Assembly (NCBI GenBank): GCA_026395955.1
Contig: JAPLXR010000007.1
Span: 1,957 to 65,956, forward strand
Length of the DNA stretch: 64,000 nucleotides
From: Candidatus Nomurabacteria bacterium
GTDB lineage: Bacteria; Patescibacteriota; Minisyncoccia; Phycocordibacterales; UBA9973
Reading direction: 5' to 3'
Shown: positions 47,126 to 56,873 of the stretch, piece after piece
Layout: every line of letters begins with the position of its first letter
How positions within the stretch are numbered: the first letter of the stretch is position 1
Translations under genes and position numbers: made by a program
The notes under the pieces: generated by a model
Database searches by the model: none
What the model saw: only the letters and a program-made list of their open reading frames with translations
Told to the model about the DNA's origin: nothing

Positions 47126-48819
47126 TCTTCCATAAAGTCTACGACACTTTTTACTTCATCGTAGGAGGTCACACCAGTGAATATTTTTATGATACCGTCT
47201 TGGCGCATTGAGAGTATTCCTTGAGTCGATGCAATTTTTTTAATTTCTCTTTCTGAAGGATTGTTCGGCATTATTTTTTCTATTGCTTCATCTGTTTTAA
47301 TAGCTTCAAAGATTCCCATACGGCCTTTGTAACCAGTCATATTACATTTCTCACAACCGACAGCCTTAAATAATTTAATCGGTGCATTGATATCAACATT
47401 ATATTTCTTCAAATCTTTTCCTTCGGCTACAGCACCTTCCAAAATCATTTTAATTGTTTTAGTTTCTTCTTCTGTTGGAGGTATTTCTTGTTTGCATTCT
47501 TTACAAAGTTTACGCACGAGACGTTGAGCGATAGACAGAGATAGAGCAGATACGAGAATTTTAGGGTTAACTTCGAGGTCGATGAGACGGGGGATAACAC
47601 CTGCAGCATTGTTGGTGTGGAGAGTAGAGAAAACAAGGTGACCAGTAAGGGCAGACTCGACTGCGATTTTTGCAGTTTCAGAATCACGGATTTCTCCCAC
47701 CATCACAACATCAGGGTCTTGGCGGAGAGCAGAACGCAAACCCTCGAGGAACGTATATCCCTTTTTTGCATCTGTTTGTGTTTGTGTAATACCTGCGAGG
47801 TGGTATTCTACTGGGTCTTCGATTGTTATAATTTTTATTTCAGAGGAATAAATCTTACGTAAAAAAGCATATAGGGTTGTAGTCTTACCGGAACCAGTCG
47901 GTCCTGTTACTAGTATCATTCCATTTGGTTTTGCAATTTCATTTTGAATAATATTGAAAAGGAAAGGATCGATACCCATGTCTTCTAGATTTACTTGGAT
48001 AGATTTAGGATCCAAAATACGCATAACAATAGATTCACCATATGCTCCTGGAATCATAGAGTTACGAATACTTATTTCTTCTCCTCCGATCATAATAGAG
48101 AAACGTCCATCCTGTGCTGTTTTGCTAGTAAGCTTCATTCCAGAAAGAAGTTTCAATCTAGAATTTAATAAACGGTAAATATCTAGTCCGAAAAACATGA
48201 CGTCTTGTAAAACACCGTCGAGACGAAAACGAAGTCTCGCACGAGCTTCTTCGGCTTCCATGTGAATATCAGATGCTTTGATAGAAATAGCACCAGCTAA
48301 AATAATTTCCAAGATTCTAGAAATTTTGTGAGTTTGTCCATTGTTTAAAGCTTCAGTTATGAGCTTCTCAACATCTTGCATCATTTTTATTTTTCCTGCA
48401 GTTTCCATTAAAACTTCTCCTGAAATATCGAGTCCTCCAACTTTAGAATTTTCTGCCATAGAGAGTTCAGAATATCTATCCCAAACTTTAGTTAGACTTG
48501 CTGTTGAGGCCATAAAAAAAAGAGTGTTTAGATTTTTGTCTTCCATTTCTTTTTTAAACTTATCCATCAAATCTGGGTCAGGGGAGCGTAAAGCAATAGA
48601 GATATTTTTACCAGAAAGTTTAAAAGGAGCCACGTTTAATTTACGAGAGTCTGCTTCAGATATATAACGTAGAGATTCGTTATCAATAGCTAAACCACCT
48701 AGGTTTATATAAGGTAAGTTGTATTTTGATTCAGCTAGCATTTGGACGAGTTCTTCTTCCTCTTCTTTGTGAATTTCGCCTAATTGCTTGTTTGATTTGT
48801 CTTCATCGAATGTTGTCAT
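47122..48819 (-). CDS. pilB: GspE/PilB-family type IV pilus / type II secretion assembly ATPase
   Basis: Walker A GPTGSGKTTT, Asp box, Walker B and His box of secretion ATPases; tetracysteine-like CKEC...C..C motif in the C-terminal region; N-terminal GspE_N-like domain. Confidence 0.85.
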   Translation of the reverse strand: MTTFDEDKSNKQLGEIHKEEEEELVQMLAESKYNLPYINLGGLAIDNESLRYISEADSRKLNVAPFKLSGKNISIALRSPDPDLMDKFKKEMEDKNLNTLFFMASTASLTKVWDRYSELSMAENSKVGGLDISGEVLMETAGKIKMMQDVEKLITEALNNGQTHKISRILEIILAGAISIKASDIHMEAEEARARLRFRLDGVLQDVMFFGLDIYRLLNSRLKLLSGMKLTSKTAQDGRFSIMIGGEEISIRNSMIPGAYGESIVMRILDPKSIQVNLEDMGIDPFLFNIIQNEIAKPNGMILVTGPTGSGKTTTLYAFLRKIYSSEIKIITIEDPVEYHLAGITQTQTDAKKGYTFLEGLRSALRQDPDVVMVGEIRDSETAKIAVESALTGHLVFSTLHTNNAAGVIPRLIDLEVNPKILVSALSLSIAQRLVRKLCKECKQEIPPTEEETKTIKMILEGAVAEGKDLKKYNVDINAPIKLFKAVGCEKCNMTGYKGRMGIFEAIKTDEAIEKIMPNNPSEREIKKIASTQGILSMRQDGIIKIFTGVTSYDEVKSVVDFMEE

Positions 48820-48869
48820 ATAGCTACAGTATACAGCATTTAAGGCTTAAAATGAAAGCCTTATTTAGC

Positions 48870-48898
48870 TTGACTTTTGTATAGCAATATGCTATACT
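48870..48898 (+). promoter_or_regulatory. Sigma70-like promoter (TTGACT-17-TATACT) for the 49022 gene
   Basis: Hexamers at 48870-48875 and 48893-48898. Confidence 0.5.
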
Positions 48899-48941
48899 TA
48901 ATAGGTAATAAGGTTCTTTGAAAAAAGGTTGTTTTTAGGGA

Positions 48942-48992
48942 TTTTGTGAATTATATAACGACTAAATTTTGGTCTGTGTATAATTCACAAAA
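48942..48992 (+). promoter_or_regulatory. 14-bp perfect inverted repeat with 23-nt spacer in the 5' leader of the 49022 gene
   Basis: ttttgtgaattata (48942-48955) pairs with tataattcacaaaa (48979-48992). Confidence 0.45.
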
Positions 48993-49021
48993 TAACAAAC
49001 CCTTTAAAACAATAAATAATA

Positions 49022-50107
49022 ATGAAAAAATTAATTTTAACAACAATCGTTATATTTTTAACAAATGTAACTTTTGCACAGACTTCACCTAAAAGCTTAA
49101 GTCCGGTTCGCCCTCATGGTGATCATTTCCGTACTATTACTGAATTTCGTTATGATTTTCATGATTCAATTAGTCTTAAAAGTTGGCAGATTGTTTTAGT
49201 AAAGAATGCTGAAATAAGAGGCCTTTCAAAAGAATTAATTGAATGGACTAAAAATCTTTCGTGTGCTGAACTTCTGTGGATATTAGATTCTGCAACTATC
49301 ATTAAAGCAACTTCTTTTAAAAAAGAAGACATAATGATGGCAGGAATTGATAAACAAGACAATCGTAAACCATATTTTGGTGGACCAATTAACAGAGACA
49401 GTAAGCCAGGTGAAGGTGCTTTGTGTGAGCAAATGAAAGTTATCTATGGTGATCGTGAAGATTATCCAGGACAGCTCGATGATGCAGAAACTGCATCTAC
49501 GTATTGCGAAAACTATTATTACAAAGTTGCAAAACCAAGTAATACAAGTTTAAACAATCTGATGATGCCTGCACCTATTGCTACAGCTCCAGTTGCGATG
49601 ATGCAACAATCACCAATAACGCAACAACCTCAAGTAATACACGACACTCTTTATGTTGATAACAATCAAAATAATAATGTTGAGCAGAATCGTACAGGTT
49701 CAAAGATCAGATATGGTCGTGGTTACTATCTTCAGGCAGGACACTATGCGGATGGTTATAGTTATCATTACGATAACGATAATTATTACTATAGTAGTAG
49801 ACCAGAAACATATTGTTATGAAGGTCGTCAGTATCGTTCTTGTGGACAGGTTGGTTATCATTATGGTGCCGGTTATCAGTATCGTTCAGGAAGTCAAAAC
49901 CCCGGAGGTCACATTTATTCTGCTGGTCATCGTGGAAATGATGGTCACTCTATGAATGCAGGTAATCACTATCAAGGTGGTTATAGTCATTCTAGTGGTT
50001 ACGGTTACAATAGTGGTGGTCATAATCCTGGTGGTTATGTATCAAATAGCGGTAACCATAACACTGGTGGTAATAATAACGCTGGTGGACATTATGGAAG
50101 ACATTAG
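49022..50107 (+). CDS. Secreted protein with Tyr/Gly/His/Asn-rich low-complexity C-terminal tail
   Basis: Signal peptide MKKLILTTIVIFLTNVTFA; ~150-aa C-terminus dominated by GY, GH and NxGG repeats (e.g. GYQYRSGSQNPGGHIYSAGHRGNDGHSM...). Confidence 0.6.
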   Translation: MKKLILTTIVIFLTNVTFAQTSPKSLSPVRPHGDHFRTITEFRYDFHDSISLKSWQIVLVKNAEIRGLSKELIEWTKNLSCAELLWILDSATIIKATSFKKEDIMMAGIDKQDNRKPYFGGPINRDSKPGEGALCEQMKVIYGDREDYPGQLDDAETASTYCENYYYKVAKPSNTSLNNLMMPAPIATAPVAMMQQSPITQQPQVIHDTLYVDNNQNNNVEQNRTGSKIRYGRGYYLQAGHYADGYSYHYDNDNYYYSSRPETYCYEGRQYRSCGQVGYHYGAGYQYRSGSQNPGGHIYSAGHRGNDGHSMNAGNHYQGGYSHSSGYGYNSGGHNPGGYVSNSGNHNTGGNNNAGGHYGRH

Positions 50108-50154
50108 TATTTGCCCTTAGTCTAAAGACTGGGGGCATTTTTTTATGCTAAAAT

Positions 50155-50598
50155 ATGAAAGTTATGAAAATAATTTCAAAAAATATAGAAGATACAGAAA
50201 AAATAGCGAAAGATTTTTTAAATAAAATTTTAGCTTTTCCTAAACAAGCAACTCTCGTTGCTTTGTATGGTAATCTCGGTGCAGGGAAGACTACTTTCAC
50301 TCAATCATTAGGAAAACATTTAGGAATAAAAAGAAAGGTAAATAGTCCTACATTTGTAATAATGAAGAAATATTTAATAAAAAATAATAAGCATAAAAAT
50401 TTAATTCATATAGATGCTTATCGTTTAAAAAATGAAAAAGATTTAGAAAATCTAGGTTGGGCAGAAATAATATCTAATCCAGATAATTTAATATTTATTG
50501 AATGGCCAGAAAATGTACCAAAGGCACTTCCAAAAAAACACCATAAAATAAAAATATCTCATACAAAAGAGAGCTATAGAAGTTTTGAAATAAAATAA
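50155..50598 (+). CDS. tsaE: tRNA t6A biosynthesis ATPase TsaE (YjeE)
   Basis: LYGNLGAGKTTFTQSLGKHLGI...VNSPTF signature; start may be Met 50164. Confidence 0.8.
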   Translation: MKVMKIISKNIEDTEKIAKDFLNKILAFPKQATLVALYGNLGAGKTTFTQSLGKHLGIKRKVNSPTFVIMKKYLIKNNKHKNLIHIDAYRLKNEKDLENLGWAEIISNPDNLIFIEWPENVPKALPKKHHKIKISHTKESYRSFEIK

Positions 50599-50622
50599 GT
50601 ATAAAATGTTATACTGTATTTA

Positions 50623-53055
50623 ATGGTTAAAAATACTGCAAAAACATTGGTATTGCTGGACTCTCATGCGATTATTCATCGCGCGTATCATGCATTGCCG
50701 GACTTCGTATCTAGCACTGGTGAGCCGACAGGGGCGCTCTACGGTATGGCAAATATGATTATGAAAATAATTTCTGATTTGAAGCCAGACTATATCGTAG
50801 CTTGTTATGATCTTCCACAGAAAACTTTTCGTCACGAAGCTTATGATAATTATAAAGCTGGCCGTGCGAAGGCCGATGATGCTTTAATTTCTCAATTAAA
50901 ATCTTCTCGTAAAATTTTTGAAGCATTTAATATTCCTATTTATGATGCGCCAGGTTTTGAAGCTGATGATGTGCTCGGAACGATCACAGAAATTTTTAAA
51001 AAAGATAAAAATATAAATATCATAATTGCATCAGGGGATATGGATACGATGCAACTCGTCGATGGTAAAAAAGTTCAAGTTTATACTTTGAAAAAAGGAA
51101 TTACAGATACTATTTTATATGATGAACAGGCCGTACTCGATAGGTTCCACTTCAAGCCATTATTACTTCCAGACTATAAAGGTCTTCGTGGAGATACTTC
51201 TGACAATATTATAGGCATCAAAGGCATCGGAGAAAAGACTGCAACTGATTTGATAATGAATTTTAGTACAATAGAAAATTTATATAAAGTATTAAAAAAG
51301 AATCCAGAAGAATTGGAAAAAGTAGGTATTAAAGCTCGCATGATACAACTCCTCAAAGACAATGAAGAAGAAGCAATTTTTTCTAAAACATTGGCGACAA
51401 TTCGTCGTGATGCACCAATAGATTTCAAACTCCCAGAAAAAACTTTTTGGGAAAGTGCCGATTTGTCTCAAATTGAAAGGGTTTTTGCTGATTTTGAATT
51501 TAGAAGTTTATTTGGAAGATTAAAAAGTTTTTTTAATAAAGGTAGTAATCAGTCAGAGAGTTCACAAATTTTTCTGGCGGACAAAACGCAGCCAGTGCCC
51601 GCAGGCGAAAAATCTGTGAGCTCTCTGACTCAAAGTACTCAAGTGGTAAATCCAGAAGAGCTTCAAGAAACAAGTGTTGCTTTGTGGTTGATAAATTCTG
51701 AGATGACGAATCCGACATTACAAGATATTTTGTTGTATACAAAAACAAAAGATTTTAAAGTCGCCCGTGATTTTATTTTTGAAAAGTTAAAAAAGGAAAA
51801 CCTGACATTAGTATATGAAGAAATTGAAAAACCAATTATTCCTATAGTAAAAGCCATGCAAGACGTCGGTATTTTAATCGATCAAGAATATTTTAAAAAT
51901 TTATCTACTGAATATCACACAGAACTCGATAAATTAACTAAAAAAATATATGAGGTAGCAGGTCAGGAATTTAATATTAATTCTCCAAAACAGCTAGCCG
52001 AAATACTTTTTGAAAAAATGGGAATAAAATCTCCAAAGAAAAAATCCGCGAGCGGTTCATATTCTACAAATATTTCTGTGTTGGAAGAGTTAGAAGAAGA
52101 AAATCCAATTATTTCAGAGATTATGAAATATCGTGAATTACAAAAATTACTTTCTACATACATAGATGTAATTCCGCAAATGGTAGGCGAAGATAAAAGA
52201 CTTCATGCAAAATTTGTGCAAAATGGCACAACGACTGGAAGATTCTCTTCACAAGATCCGAATTTACAAAACTTACCTATCAAGAGTGATTTAGGTCAGA
52301 GGATTCGTCGAGGTTTTACAGCAGAAAAAGGATATAAGCTTGTAGCTTTTGACTATAGTCAGATAGAGCTTCGTGTCACAGCCATGCTTTCAAATGATCA
52401 AAAAATGATAGAAATTTTTAAAGAAGGAAAAGATATTCATTCTGGTGTAGCGTCTTTTGTCTTTGGTGTACCGATTGAAAATGTCGATCGAGAAATGCGC
52501 AGAAAAGCGAAAGTTATAAATTTTGGGATTATTTATGGTATGGGAGTTTCAGCTCTCCGTAAAAATCTCGGTGGCACTCGCGAAGAAGCACAAAAATTCT
52601 ATGATAATTATTTTAGACAATTTTCTAGAATCCAAGAATATATGGAAGAAGTAAAAACTTTTGCCAAAGCTCATGGATATACAGAAACACTTTTTGGTCG
52701 ACGCAGAATGTTTCCTATGATAAACTCTCGCATTCCATTTATAAAGTCTATGGCAGAGCGTACAGCGACAAATGCTCCGATACAGGGGACTGCAACAGCT
52801 GATCTTATCAAACTCGCAATTCGTTATGCTAATGAAGATTTAGAAAAGGCAGGGATATTAGATAAATCACGAATGGTCTTACAAATTCATGATGAATTGG
52901 TTTATGAAGTGAAGGAAGATGCTTTAGAACAAGCTCAAAAAATAATACTTTCCGCTATGCAGGGAGTACTGGAGAGATCATTTTTACATTATAAAACTGA
53001 TATTCCACTAGAGGTCCACTTTGGTGTAGGGGATAATTTTGGAGAAGTAAAGTAA
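50623..53055 (+). CDS. polA: DNA polymerase I (5'-3' exonuclease plus polymerase domains; no obvious 3'-5' proofreading domain)
   Basis: N-terminal 5'-nuclease motifs (LVLLDSHAIIHRAYHA), polymerase motif A (DYSQIELR), motif B (RRKAKVINFGIIYG) and motif C (QIHDE). Confidence 0.9.
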   Translation: MVKNTAKTLVLLDSHAIIHRAYHALPDFVSSTGEPTGALYGMANMIMKIISDLKPDYIVACYDLPQKTFRHEAYDNYKAGRAKADDALISQLKSSRKIFEAFNIPIYDAPGFEADDVLGTITEIFKKDKNINIIIASGDMDTMQLVDGKKVQVYTLKKGITDTILYDEQAVLDRFHFKPLLLPDYKGLRGDTSDNIIGIKGIGEKTATDLIMNFSTIENLYKVLKKNPEELEKVGIKARMIQLLKDNEEEAIFSKTLATIRRDAPIDFKLPEKTFWESADLSQIERVFADFEFRSLFGRLKSFFNKGSNQSESSQIFLADKTQPVPAGEKSVSSLTQSTQVVNPEELQETSVALWLINSEMTNPTLQDILLYTKTKDFKVARDFIFEKLKKENLTLVYEEIEKPIIPIVKAMQDVGILIDQEYFKNLSTEYHTELDKLTKKIYEVAGQEFNINSPKQLAEILFEKMGIKSPKKKSASGSYSTNISVLEELEEENPIISEIMKYRELQKLLSTYIDVIPQMVGEDKRLHAKFVQNGTTTGRFSSQDPNLQNLPIKSDLGQRIRRGFTAEKGYKLVAFDYSQIELRVTAMLSNDQKMIEIFKEGKDIHSGVASFVFGVPIENVDREMRRKAKVINFGIIYGMGVSALRKNLGGTREEAQKFYDNYFRQFSRIQEYMEEVKTFAKAHGYTETLFGRRRMFPMINSRIPFIKSMAERTATNAPIQGTATADLIKLAIRYANEDLEKAGILDKSRMVLQIHDELVYEVKEDALEQAQKIILSAMQGVLERSFLHYKTDIPLEVHFGVGDNFGEVK

Positions 53056-53070
53056 TATAATTTTATTATT

Positions 53071-53610
53071 TTGTGCTATAGTTTTAGTATGAATTCAGAC
53101 AAAACAATTAAAGAGAAAATCAAAGAAAAAATGAGCCAATTAGGTGTAAAATCTGTTTATATGACAAGTGTGCATAATATTTTGGCGCATTCATATTCTT
53201 TCTATTTTATGTCTTTTTTATTGGCTATTATTTTAGATTCTTTTTTTTATGTAAGTTATTTCAATATTAGCTCTATACAATATACTGGTATTTTTCTAAC
53301 AGTTATTGCTTCAATTTTAATTTTTTGGGCACAGAAAACTTCTAGCGATCTAAGGAAGACAAGTCCTACTGATATTCATCATGAAAATTTTTTAAAAGGC
53401 CCATATAGATTTTCTCGAAGACCAACACATTTGGGCCTTTTCCTTTTAATGCTTGGTTTCGGTATAACTAGTAATTCTTTTTGGGTAATTTTAATGTCTC
53501 TTGTATCTGTTATTTTTACTAAATATGTTTTTTTGAACGAAGAAGAAAATTTCTTACAACATAAATACGGAGAACATTATTCAAAATACAAAGATATTGT
53601 AAAGCTATAA
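53071..53610 (+). CDS. Membrane methyltransferase-family protein (ICMT/PEMT-like)
   Basis: Multiple TM helices and GPYRFSRRPTHLG motif resembling isoprenylcysteine carboxyl / phospholipid methyltransferases. Confidence 0.5.
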   Translation: MCYSFSMNSDKTIKEKIKEKMSQLGVKSVYMTSVHNILAHSYSFYFMSFLLAIILDSFFYVSYFNISSIQYTGIFLTVIASILIFWAQKTSSDLRKTSPTDIHHENFLKGPYRFSRRPTHLGLFLLMLGFGITSNSFWVILMSLVSVIFTKYVFLNEEENFLQHKYGEHYSKYKDIVKL

Positions 53611-53612
53611 AT

Positions 53613-54260
53613 ATGATTTATCTTTTTACTGGTGATGACACAAAGAAAAAGCGTATTGCTTATGATAAATTTTCAAATACTTTTCCTAAAGAAGTAGAAA
53701 AATTTTTCATCATAAAAAATGATTTTGACCCTTTGCAGTTAGAAAGTTTTCTATCTTCTCAAGGTTTGTTTTTTACTAAATGTGCCGTATTTTTTGAAAA
53801 TGCTTTTGAAAGGGAAGAAATGAAAGATTATATTCTCAGTAAATTAGACCAAATGAGTGAAGCCGGAAATGACTTTATATTTATGACTTCTAAATTAAAC
53901 AAGCCAGTTCTCGATGCTTTTAAAAAAGCTCGCGCCGAAATCAATGTTTATGAATTGCCAAAGATGGCAAAAGAAAAATATGATAATTTTATTCTTGCTA
54001 ATGATTTCGGCGCGAAAGATAAACTAAATCTTTGGCTCCACTATCGCCAAGCAGTAGACCTGGGTGTCAGTCTCGAAGAATTAGTCGGTATTTTATTTTG
54101 GAAAGCGAAAGATACGCTCGTTAAAAAAAGTTATGGAAAGTTTTCTGAAACAGAACTTAAAAATTTCACTTCACAAATTTCTTATCTTCTACCCAAAGCC
54201 CGTGGAGAGGGAATAGATGCAGAAATAGCATTAGAAGAGTTTTTGCTTGAATTTTTATAG
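53613..54260 (+). CDS. Possible DNA polymerase III delta subunit (HolA-like), short
   Basis: MIYLFTGDD N-terminus resembles HolA; 215 aa; weak. Confidence 0.35.
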   Translation: MIYLFTGDDTKKKRIAYDKFSNTFPKEVEKFFIIKNDFDPLQLESFLSSQGLFFTKCAVFFENAFEREEMKDYILSKLDQMSEAGNDFIFMTSKLNKPVLDAFKKARAEINVYELPKMAKEKYDNFILANDFGAKDKLNLWLHYRQAVDLGVSLEELVGILFWKAKDTLVKKSYGKFSETELKNFTSQISYLLPKARGEGIDAEIALEEFLLEFL

Positions 54261-54285
54261 AAATCTGTTATTATCTATTTTATAT

Positions 54286-54320
54286 GCGCTCGTAGATCAG
54301 TTGTAGCGGTTCCAACTGAT
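54286..54320 (+). other. Duplicated 5' fragment of tRNA-Lys (15 nt + upstream TATAT) fused to an unrelated 8-bp hairpin
   Basis: tatatgcgctcgtagAtcagt vs tatatgcgctcgtagCtcagt at the true tRNA 72 nt downstream; no matching 3' acceptor strand. Confidence 0.4.
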
Positions 54321-54357
54321 TACGTATAAATTACAAAATAAACCGTTATAAATATAT

Positions 54358-54430
54358 GCGCTCGTAGCTCAGTCGGTAGAGCAGCTCCCTTTTAAGGAGA
54401 CGGTCGAAGGTTCGATTCCTTCCGAGCGCA
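54358..54430 (+). tRNA. tRNA-Lys (anticodon TTT), no encoded CCA
   Basis: Cloverleaf: acceptor GCGCTCG/CGAGCGC, D-arm GCTCAGTCGGTAGAGC, anticodon loop CTTTTAA, T-arm GGTTCGATTCC. Confidence 0.9.
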
Positions 54431-54434
54431 CAAA

Positions 54435-54905
54435 ATGTTAGAAAATATTCTAATCCTTCACAATATTAGAAGCACCGAGAACGTCGGGGCGATGTTTCGT
54501 ACTTCTGATGCTTTAGGAATAAATAAAATTTATCTTACTGGTTATACTCCAGCACCGCTAGATAGATTCGGTAGAAAGAGAAGTGATATAGCAAAGTCTG
54601 CACTTGGAGCAGAAGAATTTATACCTTGGGAACAGAAAAAACTAGTTTGCCCTGTCATAGCTAAATTAAAAAGAGACGGTTTTAAAATTATTGCTATTGA
54701 ACAAGATAAAAAATCTATTGATTATAAAAAAGTAAAAATAGGGAAGAAGAATGTTTTCCTGGTAGGAAATGAGGTTTTAGGGATAGATAAAAAGACATTA
54801 GAGAAATGTGATGTCATAGCCGAGATACCGATGAAAGGTAAAAAGGAGTCACTGAATGTTTCAGTTTCTTTTGGTGTAGCAATGTTTCGAATTCTAAATA
54901 TTTAA
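54435..54905 (+). CDS. SpoU/TrmH-family RNA 2'-O-methyltransferase, TrmL-like
   Basis: 156 aa; SPOUT motifs LHNIRSTENVGAMFRTSDALGI, LVGNEVLGI, IPMKGKKESLNVSVSFGV. Confidence 0.75.
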   Translation: MLENILILHNIRSTENVGAMFRTSDALGINKIYLTGYTPAPLDRFGRKRSDIAKSALGAEEFIPWEQKKLVCPVIAKLKRDGFKIIAIEQDKKSIDYKKVKIGKKNVFLVGNEVLGIDKKTLEKCDVIAEIPMKGKKESLNVSVSFGVAMFRILNI

Positions 54906-55057
54906 TTAGCTGGTCCGTACTTGTCACCAGTAGAAAGTGGTGCAGGTGGATTGATAAATGGTTTGGTGCTGTCTTTGTTTGGTCCAATCATAAAATACCA
55001 CAAGAACCATAGTCCTACTATTAATAAAAGAAGTTGTTTTAAGTGATCCATTGCCAT
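54902..55057 (-). CDS. Small membrane protein (51 aa), speculative
   Basis: Reverse-strand ORF MAMDHLKQLLLLIVGLWFLWYFMIGPNKDST... with one TM helix, directly downstream of fpg; overlaps trmL-like by 4 nt. Confidence 0.25.
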   Translation of the reverse strand: MAMDHLKQLLLLIVGLWFLWYFMIGPNKDSTKPFINPPAPLSTGDKYGPAN

Positions 55058-55067
55058 AAAGGTTTTT

Positions 55068-55994
55068 TTAAATTAATTTTAATTGATGTATTGGGCAGAA
55101 ATGTGCACTTCTACCATTTACGACTTTTCTAATTATAACACCACTACAACCACTTTTTCTACACTTTTCTCCAGCACGTCTGTAAACTTCATGATGAAGT
55201 TGAAATTTACCAGGAAGACCATATATATTACGGTAATCAGACATTGAATCTCCTCCAAAATTGATACCTTTTTTAAGTAAATTTTGCATTGCTGTAAAAA
55301 TCTCTTTTATTTTATTGTCTGGAATTTTACTGGCTAAACTTTCTGGCTGTATTCCAACTTTCCATAAAATTTCATCAGAATAAATATTTCCTATACCTGC
55401 GATAATACTTTGATCCATTAAGACTGTTTTTATTTTACCTTTTGGTTTTAGAGATAATCTCTCTTTTAATATTTTCCAATTTATATTTTTATCTAATGGA
55501 TCCGGACCAATATCTTTTAAATGTTTAGTATCACGGGCTGTATCAGTATCAAGTAATGTAATTTTACCGAATTTTCTAGTATCACAAAAAACTAAATGTT
55601 TTTTATTAGATAAAGTAAAAACCACATGCACGAATCTGTTATATGGATCATTCAAAGGATTATTTTTTTCTTTATTTATTGGATACCATTTATTTTCTTT
55701 TTTATTATATTCATATTCACCAACCATTAAATGTCCAGTCATTTTCATGTGAATAAGGATTGTTTTATTTCCAGATAAATTTATTAAAATATTTTTTGCA
55801 TGTCTTTCTGCTGATAAAACTTTTTTACCTATTATTTCTTTTTTGAAGAATATAAAATACTTTGGATTTTTCACCGCATCATTTTGTCGTTTGTCTTTAC
55901 TGTTTAGATCTGTCCAAACGTCTTTTATTGTGAGGCCTATAATTTCTTTCTGTATCCCTCTGGTTGTTGTTTCTACTTCTGGTAACTCAGGCAT
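55068..55994 (-). CDS. mutM: Formamidopyrimidine-DNA glycosylase (Fpg/MutM family) with internal insertion
   Basis: N-terminal MPELPEVE catalytic motif and C-terminal zinc finger (CRKSGCSGVIIRKVVNGRSAHFCPIHQ). Confidence 0.85.
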   Translation of the reverse strand: MPELPEVETTTRGIQKEIIGLTIKDVWTDLNSKDKRQNDAVKNPKYFIFFKKEIIGKKVLSAERHAKNILINLSGNKTILIHMKMTGHLMVGEYEYNKKENKWYPINKEKNNPLNDPYNRFVHVVFTLSNKKHLVFCDTRKFGKITLLDTDTARDTKHLKDIGPDPLDKNINWKILKERLSLKPKGKIKTVLMDQSIIAGIGNIYSDEILWKVGIQPESLASKIPDNKIKEIFTAMQNLLKKGINFGGDSMSDYRNIYGLPGKFQLHHEVYRRAGEKCRKSGCSGVIIRKVVNGRSAHFCPIHQLKLI

Positions 55995-55997
55995 GGT

Positions 55998-56873
55998 ATG
56001 ATTATACTATATTTATTTATGATAAAGAGTTTAAAGATATTTTTAATAGTTTTTTGTGTTTTTTTGATTAACATTGCACCACTTTCTGCTATCGCTAATA
56101 CTGGTGCTAATAAACCTGTTCGGATTTTAATCGTTCCTGGCCATGATGATGAGGTTTGGGGGACACAGTATAAAAATTTAAAAGAAGCTGATATGAATTT
56201 AGTCCTAGCTTCACAGATTTATAATATTCTAAATAAAGACAAGAGATATCAAGTATATATAACTAGAAATAGTTCTGGATATACAAAAGATTTTGCTGAT
56301 TATTTTGCAAACCATATGGATGAAATAAAATCTTTTAAAGACAATGCAAAACAAAAAATAGCTGACAAGATTTCAGCTGGAAGTTTCGTTAGCGTTGATG
56401 GGACTCCACACCAAACAGTATCAGAAAATGTTGCTCTAAAATTGTATGGAATAAATAAATGGGCAAATGAAAATAATATAGATGCAATGATCCATGTTCA
56501 TTTTGATGATTATCCTAGACCTACTAATTCTACAATAGGGAAATACAAAGGTTTTACTGTTTATATGCCAGAAGCACAATTGGCTAATTCACAAAATAGT
56601 TCATTGTTGGCTGGAAATATATTTGCACAATTAGAAAAAGTTTATCAAACGAGTACTTATCCCGAAGAAAAAGGAGGTTTGATTCCAGACCAAAAGCTTA
56701 TTGCTTTGGGTTCATATGGAACATTGTTACCTAGTACTAGGAGTGTGTTGATAGAATATGGTTATATTTATCAAAAGATTTTTAGGAATAGTGTTACTCG
56801 TCACCAAGCATATAGAACAATGGCTGACCTGACAACCAAGGGGATAAATAACTTTTTCTTTCCTAAAAAATAA
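55998..56873 (+). CDS. Secreted N-acetylmuramoyl-L-alanine amidase-like protein (Amidase_3-like)
   Basis: Signal/TM N-terminus; ILIVPGHDDE...E...MIHVHFDDY resembles Zn-amidase motifs. Confidence 0.45.
   Translation: MIILYLFMIKSLKIFLIVFCVFLINIAPLSAIANTGANKPVRILIVPGHDDEVWGTQYKNLKEADMNLVLASQIYNILNKDKRYQVYITRNSSGYTKDFADYFANHMDEIKSFKDNAKQKIADKISAGSFVSVDGTPHQTVSENVALKLYGINKWANENNIDAMIHVHFDDYPRPTNSTIGKYKGFTVYMPEAQLANSQNSSLLAGNIFAQLEKVYQTSTYPEEKGGLIPDQKLIALGSYGTLLPSTRSVLIEYGYIYQKIFRNSVTRHQAYRTMADLTTKGINNFFFPKK

Noticed and set aside
49653-49955. 100-aa plus-strand ORF overlapping the Tyr/Gly-rich tail of 49022-50107 in another frame
   Set aside because: The alternative frame of a repetitive region yields an Ile/Val-rich artefact; the main frame has a signal peptide and continuous coding from 49022.
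54286-54330. A second full tRNA gene upstream of tRNA-Lys
   Set aside because: Only the first ~15 nt of the acceptor and D stem are present; no anticodon arm, T arm or complementary 3' acceptor strand.
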